From assembly GCA_040880545.1 (NCBI GenBank), contig JBBDIE010000158.1, positions 9,358 to 73,357 of the forward strand: a DNA stretch of 64,000 nt, written 5' to 3'. Within the stretch, counting starts at the first letter, position 1, and every line of letters starts with the position of its first letter. Position numbers and translations under genes: made by a program. Of the stretch, positions 55,878 to 64,000 are shown one piece after another. Below the pieces are notes generated by a model, which was given only the letters and a program-made list of their open reading frames with translations, was not told where the DNA came from and searched no databases. Source of the DNA: Bacteroidales bacterium (GTDB taxonomy: Bacteria > Bacteroidota > Bacteroidia > Bacteroidales > GCA-2748055).

Positions 55878-56689
55878 GATTTCAGTATTAAGATCACGAT
55901 ATAGAACAGTGGTGCCGTGAACAAGAGGGAATCAAAGCGGTCCAGAATTCCACCATGACCAGGGATGATCTGTCCGGAATCCTTCACGCCTGCCTCCCGT
56001 TTCAATTTACTTTCAAAGAGATCCCCTGCTGTGGCTCCCAGCCCGACTACACAGCCGATCATAACCCATTGGAGGGCAGTAAACTCACTGGTAAGCCTGA
56101 AGATTATGTATCCCGCCAATGCAGTAAACATCATTCCGGAGACAAGTCCTTCGAGGGTTTTACCAGGTGAAACAGATGGAGCGATCTGCGTTTTTCCAAA
56201 CAATGATCCAAAGATATAGGCTGCAGCGTCAAATACCCAGATCAGGGAGAGCAGAATAACAAGGAAAGCAGGATCATAATTACCGGGTTCCCTTATCCAC
56301 CCCAGTGCCATGAAAAAGATCAGCGATCCTGTGAGCCAAAGTGTAATGAACAGGCCCGGTCCGGTTTCACGAATCGATGTATTGCTGATAAGCAGGTAAT
56401 GGAGTGCCAGGATCAACAGGATACTTCCGGCGATGATGGCTATCATATGCAAACCAATAAAACCGGTAATGAACAGATATGCAGTTGATAGCGTAAGAAG
56501 TCCTGTTGTAAGTAACACCGTGAAAAGAAGTCTGTCATTCTGACGGAACATTCTTCTGAATTCGAACAGTGCCAGCGCAAAAATAATCAGGACGAGTGCC
56601 ACCATTGAATATTCGGACCAAATGATAAGTCCCAGAACAATCAAAACGAAAATTATCCCGGACAAGGTTCTTACAAGCAGTTTATTCAT
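55874..56689 (-). CDS. cdsA: phosphatidate cytidylyltransferase
   Basis: Multi-TM. Signature GHGGILDRFDS. The ORF-track start at 56707 is TTG. ATG 56689 (MNKLLVRT...) gives an 8-nt ATGAATAA overlap with the upstream stop. Confidence 0.9.
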   Translation of the reverse strand: MNKLLVRTLSGIIFVLIVLGLIIWSEYSMVALVLIIFALALFEFRRMFRQNDRLLFTVLLTTGLLTLSTAYLFITGFIGLHMIAIIAGSILLILALHYLLISNTSIRETGPGLFITLWLTGSLIFFMALGWIREPGNYDPAFLVILLSLIWVFDAAAYIFGSLFGKTQIAPSVSPGKTLEGLVSGMMFTALAGYIIFRLTSEFTALQWVMIGCVVGLGATAGDLFESKLKREAGVKDSGQIIPGHGGILDRFDSLLFTAPLFYIVILILKS

Positions 56690-56897
56690 TAGCCAGGTAA
56701 TCTGCAATTAATTTTTTCGATCTGACCACATCATCCTGGGAGACGAGAAGTTCAATGTCTCCGAAACGTAATGCAGAGTCCATCTTATTCAGGATGAAGG
56801 CCTGAATTTCATTATTCATGAGATGCTGCTTGATCAATTCAGCTTCGAAAAGCTTATTGGTACTGTAAACAAGTATTTTCTCACTTGTCTTCCCCAT
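56682..56897 (-). CDS. DUF2007-like small protein (putative signal-transducing protein fold)
   Basis: 71 aa. LVYSTNKLFEAELIKQHLMNNEIQAFILNK... matches the DUF2007 pattern. Overlaps the ftsH stop by 17 nt. Confidence 0.6.
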   Translation of the reverse strand: MGKTSEKILVYSTNKLFEAELIKQHLMNNEIQAFILNKMDSALRFGDIELLVSQDDVVRSKKLIADYLANE

Positions 56898-58989
56898 CTT
56901 CTTTTTCGTTATTTACTGGTTTATTTGGATCTTCCACCACAGTCGAGGGAGCCTCTTTGATCTGTTTTTTCTTCTCCCGGGCTTTTTTTACCGATTTCTG
57001 TTTCTCCTGTTCCTCCTCAGTTTTCCAGGGTCTAATTCCAAAAATCTCTTCCAGGTCGTCACTGAAAATTACTTCAGATTCCAGCAGCCGTTCCGCGAGC
57101 ATTGTCAGTTTATCTTTGCTTCCTTTAAGGATTTCAACAGCTCTTTTATATTGTTTGTCCACTAAGGATTTAACTTCATCGTCGATCAATTCCGCGGTTT
57201 TTTCGCTGTACGGTTTGTTGAAGGCATACTCGTTCTGGCCGGAAGAGTCAAAGTAACTTCTATTTCCTATCTTTTCACTCATTCCAAAATAGGATATCAT
57301 TGCATAGGCCTGTTTGGTTACCTTCTCCAGGTCGTTGAGCGCACCAGTTGAAATTTTGTTAAATATCAGGTCTTCCGAGGCTCTTCCTCCCAAAGTTGCA
57401 CACATCTCATCCAGCATCTGCTCTGTGGTGGTAATCTGGCGCTCTTCAGGCAGGTACCAGGCAGCACCGAGTGCACGTCCCCGTGGAATAATAGTGACCT
57501 TCACAAGCGGGTTGGCATGTTCCAGTAACCAGCTGACGGTCGCATGACCCGCTTCATGGAATGCAATGGTTCGCTTCTCATCCTTCTTTATAATCTTGTT
57601 CTTTTTCTCCAGTCCTCCTACAATCCTGTCAACGGCATCCAGAAAATCCTGTTTCTCTACGGCTGCTTTATCCTGTCGTGCGGCAATCAATGCAGCTTCA
57701 TTGCATACATTGGCAATATCTGCCCCTGAAAAACCCGGTGTCTGTTTTGCCAGAAAGTCCAGGGCTACTTCCTTACCGAGCTTAAGCGGTTTTACATGTA
57801 CTTTGAATATATCTTTTCTTTCATTGAGATCGGGAAGTTCAACATGGATCTGCCTGTCGAATCTTCCGGCACGTAACAATGCCTTATCGAGCATATCGGC
57901 ACGGTTAGTGGCCGCCAGGATGATCACGCCACTGTCTGAACTGAACCCATCCATTTCGGTCAACAGTTGATTCAATGTATTCTCCCGCTCATCATTGGAT
58001 CCGAAGTTTGGGTTTCTCCCGCGGGCTCGGCCAACAGCATCAATCTCATCAATGAAAACTATGCAGGGAGCTTTCTCCTTGGCCTGTTTGAACAGGTCAC
58101 GTACCCTGGATGCTCCCACACCCACGAACATTTCCACAAAATCAGAACCCGACATGGAGAAGAAAGGAACATTGGCCTCTCCGGCAACAGCTTTTGCCAG
58201 TAAGGTTTTACCTGTTCCCGGAGGTCCTACCAATAAGGCACCTTTGGGGATTTTACCACCCAGATTTGTATATTTTTTTGGATTCTTCAGGAAATCAACA
58301 ATCTCCCGGATCTCAACCTTTGCCTCCTCCAGGCCGGCAACATCCGAGAAGTCCACTTTCACATTGGTATCCTTGTCAAAGATCTGTGCACGGGATTTGC
58401 CAACGTTGAAAATATTGTTGGCTCCACCGCCACCGCCACCGGCGCCGCCACCCATACGGCGCAGCATAAATATCCAGATCCCCAGGATCAGAAGAAACGG
58501 CAGAATCCAGAGCAACATTTCTCCCAGTACATTTTTTCTTGTTACTGTGGTATACTCGGGAACATTTTCCGGGGGTAGTTCATTCAATACCTGGTTCAGT
58601 TCCTGTCCGAATACATCCGCGAAAACGATGGTAAAATAGTACTGGGGCAGATTTTGCCCGAGCATGGAATTGCTGCGTTTGTCACGTACATCGGAATATC
58701 TGGCGTCTGATAATCTTTCAGGCTTTATATAGATCTCAACTTTTTCCTTGTTTACAATTACAATCTTTTCAACATCACCCGACTTCAACATTTCGAAAAA
58801 TGAATTTGAAGTGGTCTCTGCCATGCTCCCTGAATTGTTCATGAACTGCATTCCAATCAAGGCGAGCATTACAATTCCAATGATCCAGTATGTATTGATT
58901 TTAGGCTTGTTTCCCGGTTTATTTGGTCCGCCGGATTCTCCCGGTTTGTTTGATTTATCGGTCATCTTTTTAATAAAATTACTTAGCAT
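56881..58989 (-). CDS. ftsH: ATP-dependent zinc metalloprotease FtsH
   Basis: Two N-terminal TM helices. AAA Walker [10 protein letters not shown], Walker B VFIDEID and zinc motif HEAGHA. The ORF-track start at 58995 is TTG. Alternative ATG starts lie at 58989 and 58965. Confidence 0.95.
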   Translation of the reverse strand: MLSNFIKKMTDKSNKPGESGGPNKPGNKPKINTYWIIGIVMLALIGMQFMNNSGSMAETTSNSFFEMLKSGDVEKIVIVNKEKVEIYIKPERLSDARYSDVRDKRSNSMLGQNLPQYYFTIVFADVFGQELNQVLNELPPENVPEYTTVTRKNVLGEMLLWILPFLLILGIWIFMLRRMGGGAGGGGGGANNIFNVGKSRAQIFDKDTNVKVDFSDVAGLEEAKVEIREIVDFLKNPKKYTNLGGKIPKGALLVGPPGTGKTLLAKAVAGEANVPFFSMSGSDFVEMFVGVGASRVRDLFKQAKEKAPCIVFIDEIDAVGRARGRNPNFGSNDERENTLNQLLTEMDGFSSDSGVIILAATNRADMLDKALLRAGRFDRQIHVELPDLNERKDIFKVHVKPLKLGKEVALDFLAKQTPGFSGADIANVCNEAALIAARQDKAAVEKQDFLDAVDRIVGGLEKKNKIIKKDEKRTIAFHEAGHATVSWLLEHANPLVKVTIIPRGRALGAAWYLPEERQITTTEQMLDEMCATLGGRASEDLIFNKISTGALNDLEKVTKQAYAMISYFGMSEKIGNRSYFDSSGQNEYAFNKPYSEKTAELIDDEVKSLVDKQYKRAVEILKGSKDKLTMLAERLLESEVIFSDDLEEIFGIRPWKTEEEQEKQKSVKKAREKKKQIKEAPSTVVEDPNKPVNNEKEDGEDK

Positions 58990-59353
58990 CTTCAATTCTT
59001 TTCATTTCTCCATCTGCCCACAACTCTTCCAGGTTATAAAAACTACGCGTTTCATTCAGGAAGATATGAACCACAATATCAGAATAATCCATGAGAACCC
59101 ATAACGAATTTTCATTTCCTTCAATGTGATGTGCCCCTGTATTGAGTTCGGATTTTAACTTTCGGCTTACTGATCCGGAAAGTGCATCGACCTGGGTAGT
59201 AGAGTCACCATGGCAAATAACAAAATGGTCACAAATTGCGGTTCCGATCTTCTCGAGGTTAATCGTGATAATCTCCTTTGCCTTTTTTTCTTTCAGTGCC
59301 TCCAGGATCAGTTCTAACTTGTCCGGTGGAATAGTTCCTTTGGTTTTGGTCAT
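58979..59353 (-). CDS. rsfS: ribosome silencing factor RsfS
   Basis: 124 aa. ICDHFVICHG and WVLMDYSDIVVHIF motifs. Confidence 0.9.
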   Translation of the reverse strand: MTKTKGTIPPDKLELILEALKEKKAKEIITINLEKIGTAICDHFVICHGDSTTQVDALSGSVSRKLKSELNTGAHHIEGNENSLWVLMDYSDIVVHIFLNETRSFYNLEELWADGEMKRIEDAK

Positions 59354-59401
59354 TCAGATTTTGGAATCAGATTTACTTTTTAAGTGATAATCATTAATAT
59401 G

Positions 59402-59409
59402 CAAAGTTA
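59402..59409 (-). promoter_or_regulatory. candidate -7 promoter box (TAACTTTG) for rsfS-ftsH
   Basis: Exact TAnnTTTG match on the minus strand ~49 nt upstream of the rsfS ATG. Confidence 0.45.
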
Positions 59410-59427
59410 TATGTTATTTTATTAACC

Positions 59428-59435
59428 TAATTTTG
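59428..59435 (+). promoter_or_regulatory. candidate -7 promoter box (TAATTTTG) for birA
   Basis: Exact TAnnTTTG match 44 nt upstream of the birA ATG. It is divergent from the rsfS box. Confidence 0.45.
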
Positions 59436-59479
59436 ACATTAAAGTTTATTTCGATTTATGGAGTGTCAAAAACTATACC

Positions 59480-60211
59480 ATGGAAAGCAATGTGATCACT
59501 TACGGTGAACTTGATTCAACAAACAGGGAGGCAGCCACCTTGATTTCATCGGGACTTATTACCGGGGACACGTTTGTTGTTGCTGACTACCAAGGCAATG
59601 GAAGGGGGCAGGGGAATAACCATTGGGTGAGTGACCGGGGAATGAATCTTTTAATGAGCTGGATCGTCTTCCCTGCATTTTTGTCAGTAAAATTTCAATT
59701 TCAACTGTCAAAAGCTGTATCACTTGCTATTTCGGACTTGCTTGAAAGTCATACCATTCCATGTAAGATCAAATGGCCCAACGATATTTTAATTAATTCG
59801 ATGAAGGCTGGTGGCATTTTAATTGAGAACAGCATTATGGAAAACACCCTGAAACACAGCATTATAGGAATAGGATTAAATATAAATCAACGAAACTTCC
59901 CAAGGTTTCCCTACCAGGCATCCAGTATGTGCAAAGAAACCGGTAAAACCTATGACCTGACGGAGGTCAGAACAATGCTGATGACTTGTCTCAGAGTAAG
60001 GTTCGAGCAGCTTAAAAATGGGAAAACAAAAGATATTGACCGTGAATATGGAGCACGCATGTTCGGACTGAATGAGGAATCAAAGTTCAGTGACGGCACA
60101 GCAGAATTTATTGGGATTATACGCGGGGTAAATGAGATCGGGGAGCTGCAGGTGGAAACGGTGAAGGGTATGCAAACGTTTGGTTTTCACGAAATAACAC
60201 TGATTTACTGA
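59480..60211 (+). CDS. birA: biotin--[acetyl-CoA-carboxylase] ligase (group I, no HTH domain)
   Basis: 243 aa. GNGRGQGNNHWVS (GRGRxGRxW-type loop) and KWPNDILI motifs. Confidence 0.85.
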   Translation: MESNVITYGELDSTNREAATLISSGLITGDTFVVADYQGNGRGQGNNHWVSDRGMNLLMSWIVFPAFLSVKFQFQLSKAVSLAISDLLESHTIPCKIKWPNDILINSMKAGGILIENSIMENTLKHSIIGIGLNINQRNFPRFPYQASSMCKETGKTYDLTEVRTMLMTCLRVRFEQLKNGKTKDIDREYGARMFGLNEESKFSDGTAEFIGIIRGVNEIGELQVETVKGMQTFGFHEITLIY

Positions 60212-60618
60212 CCTGGGAACTGAAACTTTTCCACCTCATCCACCAGCGAGTCGACAAAGCTTTTCAATGGTGATTTTACCATGGACAGCAAAACCTGGTT
60301 CAGTTTTGGTTCAATGGTTACCTTAATCCTGCTCTCAGATTCGGACACCTCTTTTATCTGTATCCAGAGATTGAAATTGTATTGAGATACCTTCGGATTA
60401 CTGCTGATCTTCACAAGTTTGACGGGCTCTTTTTCCACGATGTCCAATGAAATCTTCCCCAGCAGATCCATCCTGAAACTACATGTATTGCTATCGGCCT
60501 GCCATTCTGTTACCTTATCAGCAGGTATAAAGTTTTTGAAGTTTCGGAAATCGGAAATAAAATGGTATACGTGTACAGCCGGATAGTTTGTTTTCCCTGT
60601 CTTGCTTTCTATTTTCAT
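60205..60618 (-). CDS. SRPBCC/START-like small protein
   Basis: 137 aa. The beta-rich pattern with a C-terminal helix is typical of SRPBCC proteins. There is no specific signature. Confidence 0.45.
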   Translation of the reverse strand: MKIESKTGKTNYPAVHVYHFISDFRNFKNFIPADKVTEWQADSNTCSFRMDLLGKISLDIVEKEPVKLVKISSNPKVSQYNFNLWIQIKEVSESESRIKVTIEPKLNQVLLSMVKSPLKSFVDSLVDEVEKFQFPGQ

Positions 60619-60639
60619 GTGTTCCTGCTTTTCAAATGG

Positions 60640-61272
60640 TCATTCAGCTGTCCAGTTTGAAGGATCCTTTCTCCATTTTTGTAATAGCGGTAATTGGGCA
60701 CTGGAAAGGTAGCCACTTTCAACAGCCTGCGATAACATTGATTCATAATCGGTGAGGGTTTTTACCGTTACACCAGATGCTGCAAAGCTGCTTTCAGCAA
60801 CATCGAAACCATAGGTAAAGGTTGCCACCATTCCGGTTACAACACAACCGACACTTCGAAGGGCTTCAATTGCCCTGAGAGAACTGCCTCCTGTTGAAAT
60901 AAGGTCTTCGATAACAAGCACCTTATGGCCAACACTGTAACTACCTTCAACCAGGTTTTGCATGCCATGATCCTTTGCACTGCTTCTGACATAAATAAAA
61001 GGCAGATCCATTGCATCGGCAACGAGCGCTCCCTGGGCGATGGCTCCGGTGGCAACGCCGGCAATAACATCCGGGTTATCAAAATTCTCCCTGATACAAG
61101 CAATATAGGCATCCCTGATCGCACCCCTGATTACCGGGTATGATAAGGTCTTCCGGTTGTCGCAATATATGGGGGATTTCCAACCTGAAGCCCACGTGAA
61201 CGGACTTGCAGGTTCTAATATAATTGCTTTACTTTGCAGCAATAATTCTGCTATAGTTCTATTAGTTCTCAT
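60640..61272 (-). CDS. pyrE: orotate phosphoribosyltransferase
   Basis: PRPP motif VLVIEDLISTGGS. The ORF-track start at 61407 would overlap the divergent NUDIX gene. ATG 61272 (MRTNRTIAELLL...) gives the normal ~211-aa length. Confidence 0.9.
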   Translation of the reverse strand: MRTNRTIAELLLQSKAIILEPASPFTWASGWKSPIYCDNRKTLSYPVIRGAIRDAYIACIRENFDNPDVIAGVATGAIAQGALVADAMDLPFIYVRSSAKDHGMQNLVEGSYSVGHKVLVIEDLISTGGSSLRAIEALRSVGCVVTGMVATFTYGFDVAESSFAASGVTVKTLTDYESMLSQAVESGYLSSAQLPLLQKWRKDPSNWTAE

Positions 61273-61281
61273 GATCGACAA

Positions 61282-61896
61282 ATGTATAAAGTTTTTTTCA
61301 AGGATAGAACCGTATATTTTGGAGACGATTTTTCGAAGGTTTTTGAGAGAAATACGGGGCTGTTTTATAAATATAACAATCTTCAGGAGCTGACAGAGCT
61401 TGTTCATGCCTTCTATTATTTAGAGAAAATAGAGAAGTTATTTATCTTGGATAATGATATTATTAAACTGTTCAACGAGTTTATATCCTGTTTCAATTAC
61501 ATCAATGCAGCAGGGGGGGTGGTCATCCGGTCCGACGGAAAATTTCTGATCATAAAAAGGAATGGATTATGGGATCTGCCCAAAGGAAAGTTTGAGCCGG
61601 GAGAAGATGCTGAAAAGGCAGCCCTCCGTGAAGTGGAGGAAGAGACAGGGTTAAAGAACCTGCAGATCACTTATCCCATATTGTCTACCTTTCATACATA
61701 TCAGATCACCAAGGATATGAATCTGAAAAAGACAAAGTGGTTTGAGATGTTGTATTTTGGGAAGGAAGACCCCGTACCGGAAGTTGCCGAAGGTATTACA
61801 GAAATTCAGTGGGTTGAACCTGGAAAAACCGATTTTATCAGGAAGAATACATACCCCAGCGTACTGGATGTGCTTTACATCAGAGATCTCCTCTAG
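61282..61896 (+). CDS. NUDIX hydrolase
   Basis: 204 aa. Nudix box GKFEPGEDAEKAALREVEEETGL. Confidence 0.85.
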   Translation: MYKVFFKDRTVYFGDDFSKVFERNTGLFYKYNNLQELTELVHAFYYLEKIEKLFILDNDIIKLFNEFISCFNYINAAGGVVIRSDGKFLIIKRNGLWDLPKGKFEPGEDAEKAALREVEEETGLKNLQITYPILSTFHTYQITKDMNLKKTKWFEMLYFGKEDPVPEVAEGITEIQWVEPGKTDFIRKNTYPSVLDVLYIRDLL

Positions 61897-63316
61897 ACCT
61901 CATTATTCTGAATAGTTGTTGTTCAAATCCCTCTGTTGCCAACGTGGCGGGCGATTGGATAATGATCCCGTCCGGATCAAGCAGGTAATTTGTAGGGAAC
62001 ATTCTGACATCATAATCCTCCAGTAATTTCTCTTTGTTTCCGTAAAACAGGGCAGTCCAGTTGTACTTGTTTTTATCCATGAAATCTGACATATTTTCTT
62101 GTTTCTCCGTTACCATTACAGTAACAATTTCCAGGTATTTCCCATGTACTTCGTGGAGGGTTTTCAGAAACGGAAATTCCTTAAGACAACTGTAATTGTC
62201 CGGTGTGCAGAAATTCAGATAAACATACTTACCTTTGAAATCGTCGATGGTTTTCAGACTGTTTTTTCGGTCGAGCAGTTCAAAGGCGGGTGGATTCTGA
62301 CCAGTTTTTAATCTTGTCAGGTAATTTTTCACTCCCTTAGCATATTGGGCATGAGATTCGGTGACCGGATCGACAATCACAGAATCCAACAGTATCAGTA
62401 AGGCTTCTTTGTAGAAATAATCTTTAAAATAGATGTCAAAAATCTCCTTGATGATGATCAGTTCTGCCAGTTGCTCATCGGGGACCGAAGGGTGCTTCAT
62501 CAAAGTGTCCTTCAAAGCGGTGAGATTATGGCTTCTGTTCACCAGTGTATTTACACTCTTCCCTTCGGTGGTCCGGGAATAGAAGAAGAGGAACTCTTCA
62601 TACATTTCATTGAACAGTTCCATGTATGCCGGATTTCCGGTTTGCGGCACATCACTCCTGAGATGATTTTCATAGAGATACTCTAAACCCACATCCCGGC
62701 TATTGATCTTAATAATGCCATACCTGTATTTTCTGTAATTATTGAAAAATCCGGAAGTATCATTTTTATAATTTACTTCAATACTACGGATCAGTGAATC
62801 GGAATCTGTACTAATATTATTCCGCCTGGAATCCTTTAGCACATTGTTGGCCGCAATAACCTGTCTGTCAAAATTCAGGATTTTCGTATTGATGTCATTC
62901 CCCATTAATTCGGCCTCCGGATTAGCAAGTGGATATTCTTTCAGTACCAACATATGGGCGATGGAAGGGGTAAAAAATGGATTTCTGATATCAGATTCGC
63001 TTTTCGTTGTTTTTGGGGGAAGCAATATTTCGTAACCGAAGCCCGACTGAACGTACATGTGAATTCTATAAACGCCCGAATTCATAAATATCCATCCGGC
63101 CCCGGATACAGAAATTTCCTTCCGGAACTGACCGTTGTTTTCAATGGTCAGCGTATCTATGACTTTTGAATCCCCGGTAACTGGATTGACAATTTCACGG
63201 ATCAATAAATATTCACCTGCAAATTGTTCGGCATTGCCCTGCAAAACTACCGGCTGCCCCATTCCTTCCTGCAAAAGCAATATGAACAGAATTGGTAACA
63301 GATTTTTCAGTATCAT
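61880..63316 (-). CDS. secreted TlpA/redoxin-like protein with a non-canonical active site
   Basis: 478 aa. Signal peptide. The C-terminal ~140 aa has the thioredoxin-fold layout (GKYVYLNFCTPDNYSC...FPTNYLLDPDG). C-x6-C replaces CxxC. Confidence 0.55.
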   Translation of the reverse strand: MILKNLLPILFILLLQEGMGQPVVLQGNAEQFAGEYLLIREIVNPVTGDSKVIDTLTIENNGQFRKEISVSGAGWIFMNSGVYRIHMYVQSGFGYEILLPPKTTKSESDIRNPFFTPSIAHMLVLKEYPLANPEAELMGNDINTKILNFDRQVIAANNVLKDSRRNNISTDSDSLIRSIEVNYKNDTSGFFNNYRKYRYGIIKINSRDVGLEYLYENHLRSDVPQTGNPAYMELFNEMYEEFLFFYSRTTEGKSVNTLVNRSHNLTALKDTLMKHPSVPDEQLAELIIIKEIFDIYFKDYFYKEALLILLDSVIVDPVTESHAQYAKGVKNYLTRLKTGQNPPAFELLDRKNSLKTIDDFKGKYVYLNFCTPDNYSCLKEFPFLKTLHEVHGKYLEIVTVMVTEKQENMSDFMDKNKYNWTALFYGNKEKLLEDYDVRMFPTNYLLDPDGIIIQSPATLATEGFEQQLFRIMRSRGDL

Positions 63317-63317
63317 G

Positions 63318-63788
63318 CTACAAGTACTTTTTTAAGTCAATTCCTTCAGGCAGAAATTGAGACGCATCCCCGTTGTTTCGGATAATATCTCTGATAATGG
63401 TTGAATTGACCGGAGTATGTTCCGGATTTGTAAGTAGGAATACAGACTCCACCCCTGGGAGCATACGCTTGTTGATCTGGGCAATGGCACGTTCATATTC
63501 GAAATCAGCAGCGGTCCGGATGCCACGCAGCATATACCCGGCGTTTACCTTTTTACAGAAGTCCACCGTTAATCCTTCAAAAAAATCACAGGAGACCCTG
63601 CTTTCATTTTTAAACACCTCATTGATCATAGCCACCCTTGATTCTATACTGATCAATGGCTGTTTGCCTGAATGTACACCCACAGATACAATGATCCTGT
63701 CAAACAGCCCGATGGCCCTTCGAACGATGGATTCATGACCTATGGTAAACGGATCGAATGATCCGGGGAATATCGCTATCTTCTCCAT
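63318..63788 (-). CDS. coaD: pantetheine-phosphate adenylyltransferase
   Basis: IAIFPGSFDPFTIGH motif. The ORF-track start at 63797 is TTG. ATG 63788 (MEKIAIFPGS) fits the usual N-terminus. Confidence 0.95.
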   Translation of the reverse strand: MEKIAIFPGSFDPFTIGHESIVRRAIGLFDRIIVSVGVHSGKQPLISIESRVAMINEVFKNESRVSCDFFEGLTVDFCKKVNAGYMLRGIRTAADFEYERAIAQINKRMLPGVESVFLLTNPEHTPVNSTIIRDIIRNNGDASQFLPEGIDLKKYL

Positions 63789-63819
63789 ATGCTTCAATTT
63801 AATCCTTGTAATGGTAGCT

Positions 63820-63827
63820 CAAAATTA
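63820..63827 (-). promoter_or_regulatory. candidate -7 promoter box (TAATTTTG) for coaD
   Basis: Exact TAnnTTTG match on the minus strand ~32 nt upstream of ATG 63788. Confidence 0.4.
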
Positions 63828-64000
63828 CGGATTTTTATTCAGAGAGCTGTTGTATCATGGCATGTTTAAATTTATGATAAGACTATGTGTGGAATACGCA
63901 TTAATGTATACAAGTTTTAAATAATTCAAAAAAAGTGGCTGGTTTCTTACTGAACAAGTTTTTTTTAAGGATATTTGTACCAGCAGCAGATTAACCCTGA

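Noticed and set aside
61273-61407. 45-codon N-terminal extension of pyrE overlapping the divergent NUDIX gene
   Set aside because: The normal PyrE length and N-terminus are recovered from ATG 61272. The extension would overlap the NUDIX coding start.
1-64000. Mobile element or genomic island signatures
   Set aside because: I saw no transposase, integrase, recombinase, tRNA attachment site or terminal inverted repeats. By eye, base composition is uniform across the window, although I could not compute it.

Overview
This is a 64-kb chromosomal window from a Bacteroidota genome. The assignment rests on a T9SS C-terminal sorting domain, recurrent TAnnTTTG -7 promoter boxes, tightly coupled ATGA-type gene junctions and the overall gene content. 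I count about 50 protein-coding genes. I found no rRNA or tRNA genes, no CRISPR array, and no transposase or integrase. Much of the window is housekeeping: lysS, recJ, purE, hpt, adk, obg, lplA, aroK, parE-parC, plsC, psd-cdsA, ftsH-rsfS, birA, pyrE and coaD. Four regions stand out. (1) 36926-53526 is a six-gene, same-strand, almost gapless operon of unknown function. It encodes a 12-TM transporter-like/HEAT protein, a HAMP-PP2C phosphatase, a membrane-anchored STAND NTPase with coiled coil and WD40 propeller, an OM beta-barrel, a 7-bladed lipoprotein and a 2037-aa T9SS-secreted protein. This is my best candidate for an undescribed envelope-spanning system. (2) 24847-35754 is a nine-gene operon that joins the leucine/isovaleryl-CoA catabolic enzymes directly to the mevalonate pathway. 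Both HMG-CoA lyase and HMG-CoA synthase are absent from it. (3) 3249-3832 is a four-helix-bundle (23S rRNA IVS-protein family) gene bracketed by inverted 9-nt tandem arrays. All variant repeat positions stay G-U wobble compatible on the coding-strand RNA. (4) 6077-8916 is a ComEA-like helix-hairpin-helix domain fused to an outer-membrane barrel, with a partner barrel. All calls come from reading the translations and the DNA by eye. No database search, HMM or folding computation was run.
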